64,000 nucleotides of DNA from an uncultured Gammaproteobacteria bacterium (lineage in GTDB: Bacteria > Pseudomonadota > Gammaproteobacteria > Steroidobacterales > Steroidobacteraceae). The position numbers and the translations under genes were made by a program. Below the pieces are notes generated by a model. It ran no database searches and was not told where the DNA came from. It saw only the letters and a program-made list of their open reading frames with translations. The DNA lies in NCBI GenBank assembly GCA_963775415.1, contig CAVZIO010000007.1:151707-215706 (forward strand), given 5' to 3'. Positions 9,472 to 19,141 of the stretch are shown here, piece after piece; positions within the stretch are counted from its first letter, which is position 1, and each line of letters starts with the position of its first letter.

Positions 9472-10159
9472 ATGCAGAACGCAACAACCGCGGGCCGCAT
9501 CGTCGGCGCGCTGCTCGTGCTGCATGATCGTCGGCGGCGTGGTCGGCAACTTCGTCCTGACCGCACCGGTGTTCGCTGCGCCCGGCTATCTCGTGAACGC
9601 CGCGGCGCATCCCCTGAATCTGACCCTTTCCGCCCTCGTCGGCATTGCGACGGGTCTGTTCGCACTCGGCATCGCCATCACGACATTCCCAATCATCCGC
9701 AGGCACAGTGAGTCGCTCGCGCTCTGGCTCGTCAGCATCGCCATCGTGAACTTAGCGCTGGCCGCGGTCGAACACACCGCGCTCCTCTCATTGGTGACGC
9801 TCAGCAACGCCTACAACGCGGCGCCAGCTCCCGACGAGGCCCTGTTCCAGGCATTGCGCGGCGTCGTGTCCGCGGCGCGAAACTGGGCGCATTACGTACA
9901 CCTCGTGATCAGCGGCGGCATGCTGTTCGTCTTCTTCGTCGCGCTTTTCCGTCTCACACTCGTGCCACGCGCCTTCGCAGCCGTCGGAATCGTCGCGACG
10001 CTGCTGCAGATGACGGGCGTTGCGATGCCGCTCTTCGGTCGCCCCGTCGTCTTTCCGTTGCTGGCGCCCATGGGACTTGCCATCGCAGCAACCGCTGCGT
10101 GGCTCCTGTGGAGGGGATTCTCCGATCGGCATCCGTCCATCCCGAGAGCACCTGCATGA
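9472..10159 (+). pseudogene. DUF4386-like integral membrane protein, N-terminus in a different frame
   Basis: MQNATTAGRIVGALLVLH (ORF 9472..) continues naturally as MIVGGVVGNFVL (ORF 9524..10159), with a frame change near 9520-9526. Alternatively ATG 9524 is the true start. Confidence 0.55.
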
Positions 10160-10204
10160 GGGCCGTGCCAGCACGGGCAGACTGACCCGGCTATCCTCGC
10201 GCGC

Positions 10205-11284
10205 ATGGCATTCCACGCCTCCGTTCAGCCACGCGGCCTGGCGGCGATCTTCGGCTGGCGTCGGCTGCGATTCACGGTCGGATTCTCGATCGCGATCGGA
10301 CTGCTGATGGGTATCGGCTGGAAGTCCGGCCTGCATTCGATCCTGATCCGCACCGTCCTGCTCGGGTTGATCGCCATGATCGTCTTCGGCGTATTCGAGC
10401 AGTGGCCTCGAAGGATGCCGCGCTGGCTGCCGCGCTGGGTGCTCCAGGTCGTTGGCACGGGCCTCGTCATGCCGATCGCAACGTTCACGATCTACACCCT
10501 CTCCACGCAGCACGGCGCGCCACCCTTCTGGGAAGTACCGGATCGCATGGAGGGATTTGCCGCGCTCACCTTCATGAGCCTGTTCCTCGCGCCCTGGTGC
10601 GCGCTCGGTGCCCTGGTCCGCCAGAAAGAGGCTCTCGCCCGGGAACAGGCGCTCGCCTTCGATCTCGAGCGCAGTGAATTCGAGCGCCAGGCGCTCGATG
10701 CAAGGCTGCACCTGCTCCAGGCGCAGGTGGCGCCGCATTTTCTCTTCAATACGCTGGCCAACGTGCAGGCTCTCGTCGACGCAGGCTCTCCGCAGGCTTC
10801 CGCGGTCCTCCGGAGCCTGGTCGCCTACCTGCGCGCCGCGGTTCCCCGCCTCAACGAGCCCGCCACGACGCTCGGCCAGGAGCTTCAGCTTGTCCAGGCC
10901 TATCTCGAACTGATGCACATGCGGATGCCCGATCGCCTGCAGTTCGAGCTGCATGCGGATACCGCGACGCTTGGGCTACGCTGCCCGCCGATGACGCTGC
11001 TGACACTTGTCGAGAACGCCGTTCGCCATGGGATCGACCCCAGCGAGGAAGGCGGCCGAATCGAGATCAACGTGCAACAGGACGGCGATCGCTGCCGCGT
11101 GCGCGTGAGCGACACCGGCGTCGGGCTTCGCGTGAGCGGATCGAGCCTCGGCACCGGTCTCGCAACGTTGAGAGAACGACTCCAGATGGTTTTCGGCGAT
11201 GATGCCCATCTCGAACTGAAGGCCCACCGCCCGCGTGGCGTCACGGCGGAACTGGATTTTCCGGCGCGGCAGGCGGCTGGCTGA
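10205..11284 (+). CDS. sensor histidine kinase, LytS/YehU type (His_kinase + HATPase_c)
   Basis: N-terminal TM helices, APHFLFNTLANV (PF06580-type H box), LVENAVRHGI and DTGVGL motifs. Confidence 0.9.
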   Translation: MAFHASVQPRGLAAIFGWRRLRFTVGFSIAIGLLMGIGWKSGLHSILIRTVLLGLIAMIVFGVFEQWPRRMPRWLPRWVLQVVGTGLVMPIATFTIYTLSTQHGAPPFWEVPDRMEGFAALTFMSLFLAPWCALGALVRQKEALAREQALAFDLERSEFERQALDARLHLLQAQVAPHFLFNTLANVQALVDAGSPQASAVLRSLVAYLRAAVPRLNEPATTLGQELQLVQAYLELMHMRMPDRLQFELHADTATLGLRCPPMTLLTLVENAVRHGIDPSEEGGRIEINVQQDGDRCRVRVSDTGVGLRVSGSSLGTGLATLRERLQMVFGDDAHLELKAHRPRGVTAELDFPARQAAG

Positions 11285-12063
11285 TGGACGCGCGACCGAC
11301 TGCGCTGATTGCCGACGACGAGCCGCTGCTCCGGGAAGCGCTCGCGCGCCAGCTCGCACGAGCCTGGCCGGAACTCGAGATCATCGCGCAGGCGCGAAAC
11401 GGCCGGGAAACGATCAAGCTGTTCGAGGCGAAGCAACCCGACATCTGCTTTCTCGACGTGCAGATGCCCGGCGTGACAGGCATCGAGGCGGCGCGCCACA
11501 TCGGCCGGCGCGCGCACCTCGTATTCGTCACCGCCTACGACCAGTACGCCGTGCAGGCCTTTGCCCAGGGCGTGCTCGACTACCTGGTGAAACCCGTGGA
11601 ACCGGCGCGGCTCGCGGAGACTGTGTCACGGCTGCAGGAACGCCTGCGTGCCGCGCAGCCCGCATCGAATACCGACGCCTTGCTGCAACAGCTCGCCGCG
11701 CAGTTGCAGCGCGCGGCGGCCCCGGCTCATTTGCAGTGGATCCGCGCGCAGGTGGGTCAGACGTTGCGGATGATCGCCACCGACGACATCGACTTCCTGC
11801 GTTCCGACACCAAGTACACGCGAATCGCCTGGCGCGACGACGGGCGGCCTGCAGAGGCGCTGGTCCGTATTGCCTTGAAGGACCTGGCCACACAACTCGA
11901 TCCCGCCCAGTTCGCGCAGGTACACCGGTCCGTCGTCGTCAACCTGCGGGCCATCAGCCACATCACGCGCGACGACAGCGAGACCGCGGAGATTCACCTG
12001 AAGGGCCGCGCAGAGACGCTGCCGGTCAGCCGTAATCACCTGCACCTCTTCCGGCAGATGTAA
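11284..12063 (+). CDS. LytR/AlgR family response regulator (receiver + LytTR DNA-binding domain)
   Basis: ALIADDEPLLRE and ICFLDVQMPG receiver motifs. C-terminal LytTR region (FAQVHRSVVVNL). The start shares one base with the kinase stop (TGATG). Confidence 0.9.
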   Translation: MDARPTALIADDEPLLREALARQLARAWPELEIIAQARNGRETIKLFEAKQPDICFLDVQMPGVTGIEAARHIGRRAHLVFVTAYDQYAVQAFAQGVLDYLVKPVEPARLAETVSRLQERLRAAQPASNTDALLQQLAAQLQRAAAPAHLQWIRAQVGQTLRMIATDDIDFLRSDTKYTRIAWRDDGRPAEALVRIALKDLATQLDPAQFAQVHRSVVVNLRAISHITRDDSETAEIHLKGRAETLPVSRNHLHLFRQM

Positions 12064-12104
12064 CGCGCCGCCTGACGAGCCGCCGCAAAAAATTCCACAC
12101 CGGA

Positions 12105-12143
12105 CGTCGGCATTCGCCGACACAGCGTCGGTGGACGCCGACA
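12105..12143 (+). promoter_or_regulatory. two 18-nt direct repeats with 21-bp periodicity (candidate LytTR binding sites or stem-loops)
   Basis: CGTCGGCATTCGCCGACA (12105-12122) and CGTCGGTGGACGCCGACA (12126-12143). Each is internally palindromic (GTCGG..CCGAC). They lie between the LytTR regulator stop and the next gene. Confidence 0.35.
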
Positions 12144-12211
12144 TGCATAGGTGAGCAAACGCAACTCGCACTGTAGGTTGCGCCCTCGTTTGACGGTGCG
12201 AGGGGCACAGG

Positions 12212-12859
12212 ATGCAGCGAACGCTGTACGTGTGGGTTACGTTTGTCTCATTGATTCTCGGTGGGTGTCTCGGCTCGGGCGGCGGAGGCGGCACCGACGG
12301 CGATCGACAAAAAGATATCAATCAGGCTCCTACGATTTCAGGCACGCCGCCGGTTTCGGTCATGCCGGGCGATAAATACGCGTTCCAGCCGGCGGCCGCC
12401 GACCCGGACGGCGACAAGCTCAGATTCACGATCGCGCGATTGCCGGTGTGGGCCACGTTCGACAACGCCACCGGCCGTCTCTCGGGTACGCCGCGGGCCG
12501 GCGACGTCGGCCAACACATTGGCATCACGATCACGGTGTCGGACGGGACGAGATCCACGTCACTCCCGGCCTTTGACATCTCGGTGCGGCAGATGGCCGA
12601 TGGTTCAGTGACTCTGTCCTGGATGCCGCCGACCGAGAATATCGACGGTTCCGCGCTCACGAACCTCGCGGGCTACCGCATCTATAGCGGTCTGTCGATC
12701 GAAGCCATGAATCACGTTGTCATCCTCGACAACCCGGGACTCACGCGGTTTGTGGTCGAGAACCTCGCGCCGGCTACCTGGTACTTCGCGATGACCTCGG
12801 TCAACGCCAAGGGCAAGGAAAGCCGCCGATCGGCCGTGGTCAGCAAGCGAATTGCCTAG
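12212..12859 (+). CDS. lipoprotein with cadherin-like/Ig-like domain and fibronectin type III-like domain
   Basis: Lipobox LILGGC, Gly-rich linker, NQAPTISGTPP...DPDGDKLRF...ATGRLSGTP (dystroglycan/cadherin-like putative Ig motif), then the FN3-like segment VTLSWMPPTENIDGSALTNLAGYRIY. Confidence 0.75.
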   Translation: MQRTLYVWVTFVSLILGGCLGSGGGGGTDGDRQKDINQAPTISGTPPVSVMPGDKYAFQPAAADPDGDKLRFTIARLPVWATFDNATGRLSGTPRAGDVGQHIGITITVSDGTRSTSLPAFDISVRQMADGSVTLSWMPPTENIDGSALTNLAGYRIYSGLSIEAMNHVVILDNPGLTRFVVENLAPATWYFAMTSVNAKGKESRRSAVVSKRIA

Positions 12860-12913
12860 CTGCCGCGCCGCCTGGAGTAGAATTCGGCCTTCGCCACAAG
12901 GGAGGGTCTCTTC

Positions 12914-13639
12914 ATGGGACGCGCAATTGCCTACCTCTATGGGCTCGCTTGTTACGTTCTGTTCCTTGGGACATTTCTTTACGCGATAGGCTTCGTCGGA
13001 AACTTCATCGTGCCGAAGTCCATCGACTCCGGCGTGGCCGGGGATTTCGGCACGTCGCTCGTCATCAATGCCGTCCTGCTGGGCATCTTTGCGATTCAGC
13101 ACAGCGTCATGGCCCGCCCGGGCTTCAAGGCCGTGTGGACGCGCATCGTGCCGAAGTCGGTCGAACGCAGCACCTACGTACTGCTTGCGAGCCTCGCACT
13201 GATCCTGCTCTTTTCGCAGTGGCGTCCGATGCCGGCCATCGTCTGGCAGGTCGACAACGAAATCGGCCGCATGCTGCTGTGGGCCCTGTTCGCACTCGGC
13301 TGGCTCGTGGTTCTGACCAGCACGTTCGTGATCAATCACTTTGACCTGTTCGGGCTGCGCCAGGTGCACATGAACATGCGGGGCGTGCCGTACACGGAAC
13401 TGAAGTTCCGCGTAATTTTCTACTACAAGCTCGTGCGTCACCCACTGTATCTCGGCTTCCTGATTGCCTTCTGGGCGACACCGGTGATGTCGGTGGGGCA
13501 TCTCGTCTTTGCGATCGCAACGACGGCGTACATCCTCATCGCCATCCAGCTCGAAGAGCGCGATCTGGTCCGCTTCCACGGCCGCGACTACGAGGAATAC
13601 CGGAAAAAGGTGTCGATGATCCTGCCGATCCCGAAATAG
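12914..13639 (+). CDS. membrane methyltransferase family protein (ICMT/PEMT-like, MddA-type)
   Basis: Multi-TM protein with [26 protein letters not shown] and [10 protein letters not shown] motifs typical of this S-adenosylmethionine-dependent membrane methyltransferase family. Confidence 0.75.
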   Translation: MGRAIAYLYGLACYVLFLGTFLYAIGFVGNFIVPKSIDSGVAGDFGTSLVINAVLLGIFAIQHSVMARPGFKAVWTRIVPKSVERSTYVLLASLALILLFSQWRPMPAIVWQVDNEIGRMLLWALFALGWLVVLTSTFVINHFDLFGLRQVHMNMRGVPYTELKFRVIFYYKLVRHPLYLGFLIAFWATPVMSVGHLVFAIATTAYILIAIQLEERDLVRFHGRDYEEYRKKVSMILPIPK

Positions 13640-13650
13640 CTCAAAGGGCA

Positions 13651-13694
13651 CTCAAAGGGGACGTTCACCTTTAAAGGTGAGCGTCCCCTTTGAG
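13651..13694. terminator. 44-nt near-perfect inverted repeat (candidate intrinsic terminator or REP-like hairpin)
   Basis: CTCAAAGGGGACGTTCACCTTT / AAAGGTGAGCGTCCCCTTTGAG: 22-nt arms with one mismatch, 12 nt after the stop at 13639. No clear U-tract follows. A partial extra copy CTCAAAGGGCA sits at 13640-13650. Confidence 0.4.
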
Positions 13695-13756
13695 ACTTGT
13701 CGATTTCGGGCTCTGCCAATCGACTGTAGGGAAATCACCCCTGTAGGAGAGCCGAC

Positions 13757-14260
13757 ATGCCATCCCCGGTCCGCATCACCCCCTGCCTCTGGTTCGACAG
13801 CCAGGCCGAGGAAGCCGCGAACTATTACATCGGGATCTTCAAGAACTCGAAGGTCAGGGACATCGGCCGCTACGGCGAGTCCGGCAAGGAAATCCACGGC
13901 AAGGCGCCCGGCTCCGTCATGATCGTCGAGTTCGAACTCGACGGGCAGACGTTCACGGCCCTGAACGGCGGGCCACACTTCAAGTTCAACGAAGCCGTCT
14001 CGCTCCAGGTGCGCTGCAAGGACCAGGCCGAGGTCGATTACTACTGGGAAAAGCTGGGGGCCGGCGGCGACCCGAAGGCGCAGCAGTGCGGCTGGCTCAA
14101 GGACAAGTACGGTTTGTCCTGGCAGATCGTGCCGAATGCCGTGCCGAAACTGCTCGGCGACCAGAAGTCCGCCGCCTCGCAACGCGCGATGGGCGAGATG
14201 TTGCGACAGAAGAAGCCCGACATCGCCGCGATGCAGAGAGCCTACGACGGCTCCGCATGA
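13757..14260 (+). CDS. VOC family protein (3-demethylubiquinone-9 3-methyltransferase/PhnB-like domain)
   Basis: ITPCLWFDSQAEEAANYYIGIFKNS ... CGWLKDKYGLSWQIVP is typical of PF06983-type proteins. Confidence 0.85.
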   Translation: MPSPVRITPCLWFDSQAEEAANYYIGIFKNSKVRDIGRYGESGKEIHGKAPGSVMIVEFELDGQTFTALNGGPHFKFNEAVSLQVRCKDQAEVDYYWEKLGAGGDPKAQQCGWLKDKYGLSWQIVPNAVPKLLGDQKSAASQRAMGEMLRQKKPDIAAMQRAYDGSA

Positions 14261-15075
14261 AGACGCAGAAACAGAAGGCGGAGGCCTTTCGCGCGCTGCA
14301 TGATCGCCAGCAGGCCTTCATCATCCCGAATCCCTGGGATGTCGGCACCGCGCGCATGCTCGCAAAGCTCGGCTTCGAGTCGCTCGCGACGACGAGTGCC
14401 GGCTTTGCGTTCTCGGCCGGCCTGCAGGACAACCAGGTCGGCCGCGACCGCATGCTCGAGCACGTCGCCGAAATTGCAACTGCGACGGATCTGCCGGTCA
14501 GCGCCGACCTGGAGAACGGCTTCGGCGACGATCCGAAGTCCGTTGCGGAGACGATCCGTCTCGCCGCCGCGGCCGGCGTCGCCGGTGGCTCGATCGAAGA
14601 CTCGATCGACCGGCCGGGGGAGAAAGTCTACGAGCTGGGCCACGCCATCGAACGCGTTCGTGCCGCGGTGGAGGCGGCGCGGTCCCTGCCCTTCCCCTTC
14701 ACGCTGACGGCGCGCGCCGAAAACTACCTGGTCGGAATCCCGGACCTCAAGGACACGATCCTCCGTCTTCAGGCCTACCAGGAAGCCGGCGCGGATGTGC
14801 TCTACGCGCCCTGCATCACGACGCGGGAAGAAATCACCGCCATCGTGCGATCCGTCGACCGGCCGGTGAATTTCCTGATGGGGACGCAGCCGCAGCGCTT
14901 TACGCTCGCGGAGCTGTCGGAGATGGGCGTGCGTCGCGTCAGCGTCGGCAGCGCACTCGCGACCACGGCGATCGGGGCCTTCCTGCGCGGCGCGCGCGAG
15001 ATGAAGGAAAGCGGCAGCTTCAACTACACGAAAGACTCCGCCGGCTTCGGGGAAATCAGCAACTTGCTGAAATAA
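14257..15075 (+). CDS. isocitrate lyase/PEP mutase family protein (2-methylisocitrate lyase / oxaloacetate decarboxylase-like)
   Basis: FIIPNPWDVGTARMLAKLGFESLATTSAGFA, DLENGFG and GGSIEDS motifs. ATG overlaps the previous stop (ATGA). Confidence 0.85.
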   Translation: MKTQKQKAEAFRALHDRQQAFIIPNPWDVGTARMLAKLGFESLATTSAGFAFSAGLQDNQVGRDRMLEHVAEIATATDLPVSADLENGFGDDPKSVAETIRLAAAAGVAGGSIEDSIDRPGEKVYELGHAIERVRAAVEAARSLPFPFTLTARAENYLVGIPDLKDTILRLQAYQEAGADVLYAPCITTREEITAIVRSVDRPVNFLMGTQPQRFTLAELSEMGVRRVSVGSALATTAIGAFLRGAREMKESGSFNYTKDSAGFGEISNLLK

Positions 15076-15109
15076 TGAATGGCTATTGCCTTCAATCGCT
15101 GTCTGGCCT

Positions 15110-15133
15110 ATATTCACCCATATGGGTGAATAT
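15110..15133. promoter_or_regulatory. perfect 24-bp palindrome, candidate ArsR-family operator
   Basis: ATATTCACCCAT|ATGGGTGAATAT, read directly from the sequence. It lies 13 nt upstream of the ArsR start (15146) in a locally AT-rich stretch. Confidence 0.55.
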
Positions 15134-15145
15134 CGAAATGTGGCC

Positions 15146-15472
15146 ATGGACAAGGTGATGGGGGCTGTCTCCGACTCCACGCGACGGGCAATCCTCGCGC
15201 GGCTCTCGACGGGAGACGCCCGCATCACCGAGGTGGCGGCCGAATTCCCGATCTCCCTGAACTCCGTGTCGAAGCATGTGCGCAAGCTCGAGCGCGCCGG
15301 GCTCGTAAGACGCAACGTTCGCGGCCGCGACCATGTGCTGTCGCTGAACGCCGCCCCGCTCGCGGAGGCGGCTGCCTGGATCGCCCATTACCAGCGCTTC
15401 TGGGAAGACCGGCTCGAGGCGCTCGACCAGTTTGCAACACGCAAGAAGACGAGCAAGAGGAAACCACGATGA
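15146..15472 (+). CDS. ArsR/SmtB family transcriptional regulator
   Basis: MDKVMGAVSDSTRRAILARLSTGDARITEVAAEFPISLNSVSKHVRKLERAGLV (winged HTH). ATG 15146 is preferred over 15122, which lies inside the palindrome. Confidence 0.85.
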   Translation: MDKVMGAVSDSTRRAILARLSTGDARITEVAAEFPISLNSVSKHVRKLERAGLVRRNVRGRDHVLSLNAAPLAEAAAWIAHYQRFWEDRLEALDQFATRKKTSKRKPR

Positions 15473-15921
15473 ACGACGTCAGCAATGTCCCCAAGGTGGT
15501 CGTCCGGCGGGAAATCGCCGCGCCGGCCGACGAACTGTTCGATGCCTGGCTCGACGCCAAGAGCCTGGCGGTCTGGATGCGCCCGCCGAGGATCTCGCGC
15601 ACCACCACGAAGGTCGATCCGCGGGTTGGCGGCCACTATGAGGTCATCATGCACGCCGAGTCCGGGCCCATTCCGCATACGGGGATTTACAGGGAAATCG
15701 ACCGGCCGCGCCGGCTCGTTTTCACCTGGAATTCACCGTATGCGGGGCAAGGCGATTCGCTGGTGACGGTCGAGTTCCGCCCGGCGCGCGGCGCGACGGA
15801 AATCGTGCTCACGCACGAAAGACTGCCCAGCGCAGAGATGGCGAAGGCGCACGAAGGGGGCTGGAGCGAGATACTCGATATCCTCGCCAGGCTCTACAGC
15901 GAGGCGCGCTCGACCGCCTGA
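15469..15921 (+). CDS. SRPBCC family protein (Aha1/START-like domain)
   Basis: REIAAPADELFDAWLD ... GGWSEILDILARL is typical of the Aha1-domain partners of ArsR regulators. ATG overlaps the ArsR stop. Confidence 0.85.
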   Translation: MNDVSNVPKVVVRREIAAPADELFDAWLDAKSLAVWMRPPRISRTTTKVDPRVGGHYEVIMHAESGPIPHTGIYREIDRPRRLVFTWNSPYAGQGDSLVTVEFRPARGATEIVLTHERLPSAEMAKAHEGGWSEILDILARLYSEARSTA

Positions 15922-15967
15922 TCCGTGTTATTTTTTCATGATCTGCCACGCCAGGGAGGCACAGATC

Positions 15968-16357
15968 ATGCAGATCAAGTTCGCGAGCGTCCTGGTCGAC
16001 GACCAGGCCAAGGCGCTCAAGTTCTACACGGACGTATTGGGCTTCGTAAAACACGCGGACATTCCCTTCGGGGAACACCGGTGGCTCACCGTCATCGCGC
16101 TGCAGGGCGTGGTGGGCGCGGAGCTCGTGCTCGAGCCGATGGGCTTTTCGCCGGCAAAGGACTACCAGAAGGCGCTCTACGACGCGGGAATCCCGGCCAC
16201 CGCATTCACGACGACCAATATCCAGGGTGACTTCGAGCGCCTCGGGAAGAGGGGCGTCAAGTTCCGCGGCGAACCCCAGGTGATGGGCCCGATCGCCGCC
16301 GTGCGCTTCGAGGACACCTGCGGAAACCTGATCAACCTGGTGCAGCCCCTCGACTGA
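15968..16357 (+). CDS. VOC family protein (glyoxalase/bleomycin resistance fold)
   Basis: MQIKFASVLVDDQAKALKFYTDVLGF ... CGNLINLVQ. ATG 15968 is preceded by AGGGAGG. Confidence 0.8.
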   Translation: MQIKFASVLVDDQAKALKFYTDVLGFVKHADIPFGEHRWLTVIALQGVVGAELVLEPMGFSPAKDYQKALYDAGIPATAFTTTNIQGDFERLGKRGVKFRGEPQVMGPIAAVRFEDTCGNLINLVQPLD

Positions 16358-16382
16358 GCGCCGCGGGTAAGATGCTCAAACC

Positions 16383-16874
16383 ATGAGCGCTGCAGCGGGC
16401 CGGTCGGGCGCCGGCGATTTCGACTTCTTCATTGGCCGTTGGCGTGTTCACCACCGCCGGCTGAATGAGCGACTGGCCGCCTGCACCGACTGGACGGAGT
16501 TCGAAGGCAGTTGCGAGACCCGGAAGATCCTTGGCGGTCTCGGCAACATGGACGACAACTTCCTCGATCTCCCGGGCGACGCCTATCGGGCCGTCACGCT
16601 TCGCTCTTACAACCCGGACACCGGGCAGTGGTCGATCTGGTGGCTTGACGGCCGCAATCCCGGCTCGCTCGATGTGCCCGTCGTCGGCCGATTCGAAAAT
16701 GGCTTCGGCACGTTCTACACCGACGACCAGTTCAAGGGGCGGCCGATCCGCATCCGTTTTCACTGGTCGATGCCCGCCAAAGACAGCCCGCGCTGGGAAC
16801 AGGCGTTCACCGCGGATGGCGGAGCGAACTGGGAGACGAACTGGATCATGAACTTCACGCGAGAACCGGAATGA
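16383..16874 (+). CDS. conserved hypothetical protein
   Basis: 163-aa ORF with high GC3 (FFIGRWRVHHRRL..., WSIWWLDGRNPG...). Family not recognised with confidence. Confidence 0.6.
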   Translation: MSAAAGRSGAGDFDFFIGRWRVHHRRLNERLAACTDWTEFEGSCETRKILGGLGNMDDNFLDLPGDAYRAVTLRSYNPDTGQWSIWWLDGRNPGSLDVPVVGRFENGFGTFYTDDQFKGRPIRIRFHWSMPAKDSPRWEQAFTADGGANWETNWIMNFTREPE

Positions 16875-18704
16875 AAATCCTCGATCCCCGCTGGTTCGTT
16901 CTCGCCCTGATTGCCGTCTTCTGTGGCGGCGTGCCGGCCGCTCTGGCCGACGAGACGCTGATCGGCCTCTGGTCCTATGAAACGGCTTTCGGCGAACCGC
17001 TTCACGGTGAATTGACGGTCGTCCGTCGCCCCGATCAATGGCATGCCGTCGTCGGCAACGTGGAAACCGAATTCAAGCCGGATGGCGACCGAATTCAGTT
17101 CGCGTTCCCGGATGACGGCGGGCGATTCCGCGGCAGGCTCACCGATCAGAATATTCACGGATTCTGGATTCGGCCAGCCGCGACGAAAGACCCGCGTTTT
17201 CCCGGTGGCTCCAGCCAGGCGTTCGCAACCCCGCTGACCCTGTCGCTGACCGGCCAGCACACCTTCATCGGCGTCCTGCGTCCGCTCGCCAATCCGTTCA
17301 CCCTTTATCTCAGCATCTTCCGCGCCGACGACGGCACGCTCGTGGCGGCCTTCCGAAACCCGGAACAAAACTCGCACGGGCCAGCCATGCAGTACCGCGT
17401 GGCGAGGGATGGCGACGACGTGGAATTCACGGCGGATTCCGAGCCCGCTGCGCCGCAATACCGGCTCGCCGCGAAATACCTGGGCACCACGCAGCAGCTG
17501 CGCATCGACTGGCCCGACGCGGGCGGCGAGATCAAGCTCGCTAGACGCACGGAGCAGGACGCCGCGAAATTCTTTCCGCGGCCGCCGGGCAGCGCGCCCT
17601 ATGCCTACCGTGAACCACCGGTGAGCCCGGATGGATGGGCAACCGCCCGCGCGGAAAGCCTCGGGCTGGACGAGGCGGCGATCACGCGCATGGTACAGTC
17701 GATCATCGACGGCGACCCTGCCGCAGGTCGGCCGTCGCTGATTCACTCCATGCTTGTTGCCTATCGCGGCAAGCTGGTGCTCGAAGAGTACTTCTACGGC
17801 TTCGAGCGCGACCAGCCGCACGACCTGCGCTCCGCCGGCAAGACGTTTTCTTCCGTCTTGCTCGGCGCCGCGATGCAGGGACGGCCCGAAGATCGGACCC
17901 GACTCAAAGGTCTATTCGCTTCTGTCCGCGCGCGGTCCTTTCGCCAACCCCGATCCGCGCAAGGCCCAAATCACGCTCGCGCATCTCCTGACGCATTCCG
18001 CCGGCCTCGCCTGCGACGACAACGACGATGCCTCTCCCGGCAACGAAAACACGATGCAGACGCAGGCGGCCCAGCCAGACTGGTGGAAATACACGCTCGA
18101 CCTGCCGATGGCGAACGACCCGGGCAAGCGCTATGCCTACTGCTCGGCCAACATCAACCTCGCCGGCGGCGCCCTGACCGCCGCGACGGGCATCTGGCTG
18201 CCCGAACTCTTCGAACAGGAGATTGCGCGCCCGCTCCAGTTCGGCGAATGGCACTGGAACCTGATGCCGAACGACGAGGGCTACCTGGGTGGCGGCGCAT
18301 TCCTTCGGCCGCGTGACCTGCTGAAGATCGGCCAGGTCTACCTCGACGGCGGTGTCTGGAAGGAGCAACGGATCGTGGACGCCGCGTGGGTGAAGGAATC
18401 GACCGCGCCGCGCATCCGGATTACGCCGGAGACGACCGGCCTGTCCGTCGAGGATTTCCAGAACTCGTATTTCGAAGGCCAGGATGCCCTCGCCTGGCAT
18501 GACAATGGCCTGCGTGCGGGCGAGCGCCGTTACGCGACCTATGCCGCGACCGGCAACGGCGGCCAGATTCTAATCGTCGTGCCGGAACTCCAACTTGCCG
18601 CGGTCTTCACCGGCGGCAATTACCTGCAGGGCGGCATCTGGGGCCGCTGGGCGGACCAGCTGATCGGCGGATTCATCGTGCCTGGAATCAGGAAAGGGGA
18701 ATGA
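16871..18704 (+). pseudogene. serine hydrolase (beta-lactamase/class C-like domain) with long N-terminal secreted domain, single frame disruption
   Basis: ORF 16871.. carries the signal peptide and the SxxK motif (RSAGKTFSSVLLGAAMQ). ORF 17754..18704 continues with DGPKIGPDSKVYSLL...HLLTHSAGL. Removing one G from the G3 run 17878-17880 restores ATG CAG GAC GGC CCG AAG. Confidence 0.8.
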
Positions 18705-19141
18705 GCATGCGAGGCATTAACTGGCCGCGGCTCCTGCTGGGCGCATTGATCGCCGCCGCCATCCTGTTCGTGAGCGATGGCTTTCTGCATCAACGACTGA
18801 TCAATGACCAGTGGCAAGAGCTCATCGCGACGCTCGGCGCCAGCATCCGGGAGCACGCCGGCTGGACCATGATCTATTTTGTCATCTTCGAGCTCGGGCG
18901 CGGTCTCATCACGCTCTTCGTTTACGTGCTGTTGCGACCGCGACTGGGCGCCGGCCCGATGACGGCCGTCTGGGCGGGTGTCGTCGCCTGGTTTGCGTAC
19001 TCCCTGACCGGGCCAGTGCAATTCATCCCGCTCGGTTTCTTCAGCGCCGAGTTGTGGCTGGCGGCAGCCGGCTATCAGCTCCTCGCCTCGACCATAGCGG
19101 CCATTGCGGGGGCCGCGGTTTACAAGGAGGCAAAATCATGA
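18701..19141 (+). CDS. integral membrane protein (hypothetical)
   Basis: 146 aa with 4 predicted TM helices. ATG overlaps the upstream stop (ATGA). Confidence 0.65.
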   Translation: MSMRGINWPRLLLGALIAAAILFVSDGFLHQRLINDQWQELIATLGASIREHAGWTMIYFVIFELGRGLITLFVYVLLRPRLGAGPMTAVWAGVVAWFAYSLTGPVQFIPLGFFSAELWLAAAGYQLLASTIAAIAGAAVYKEAKS

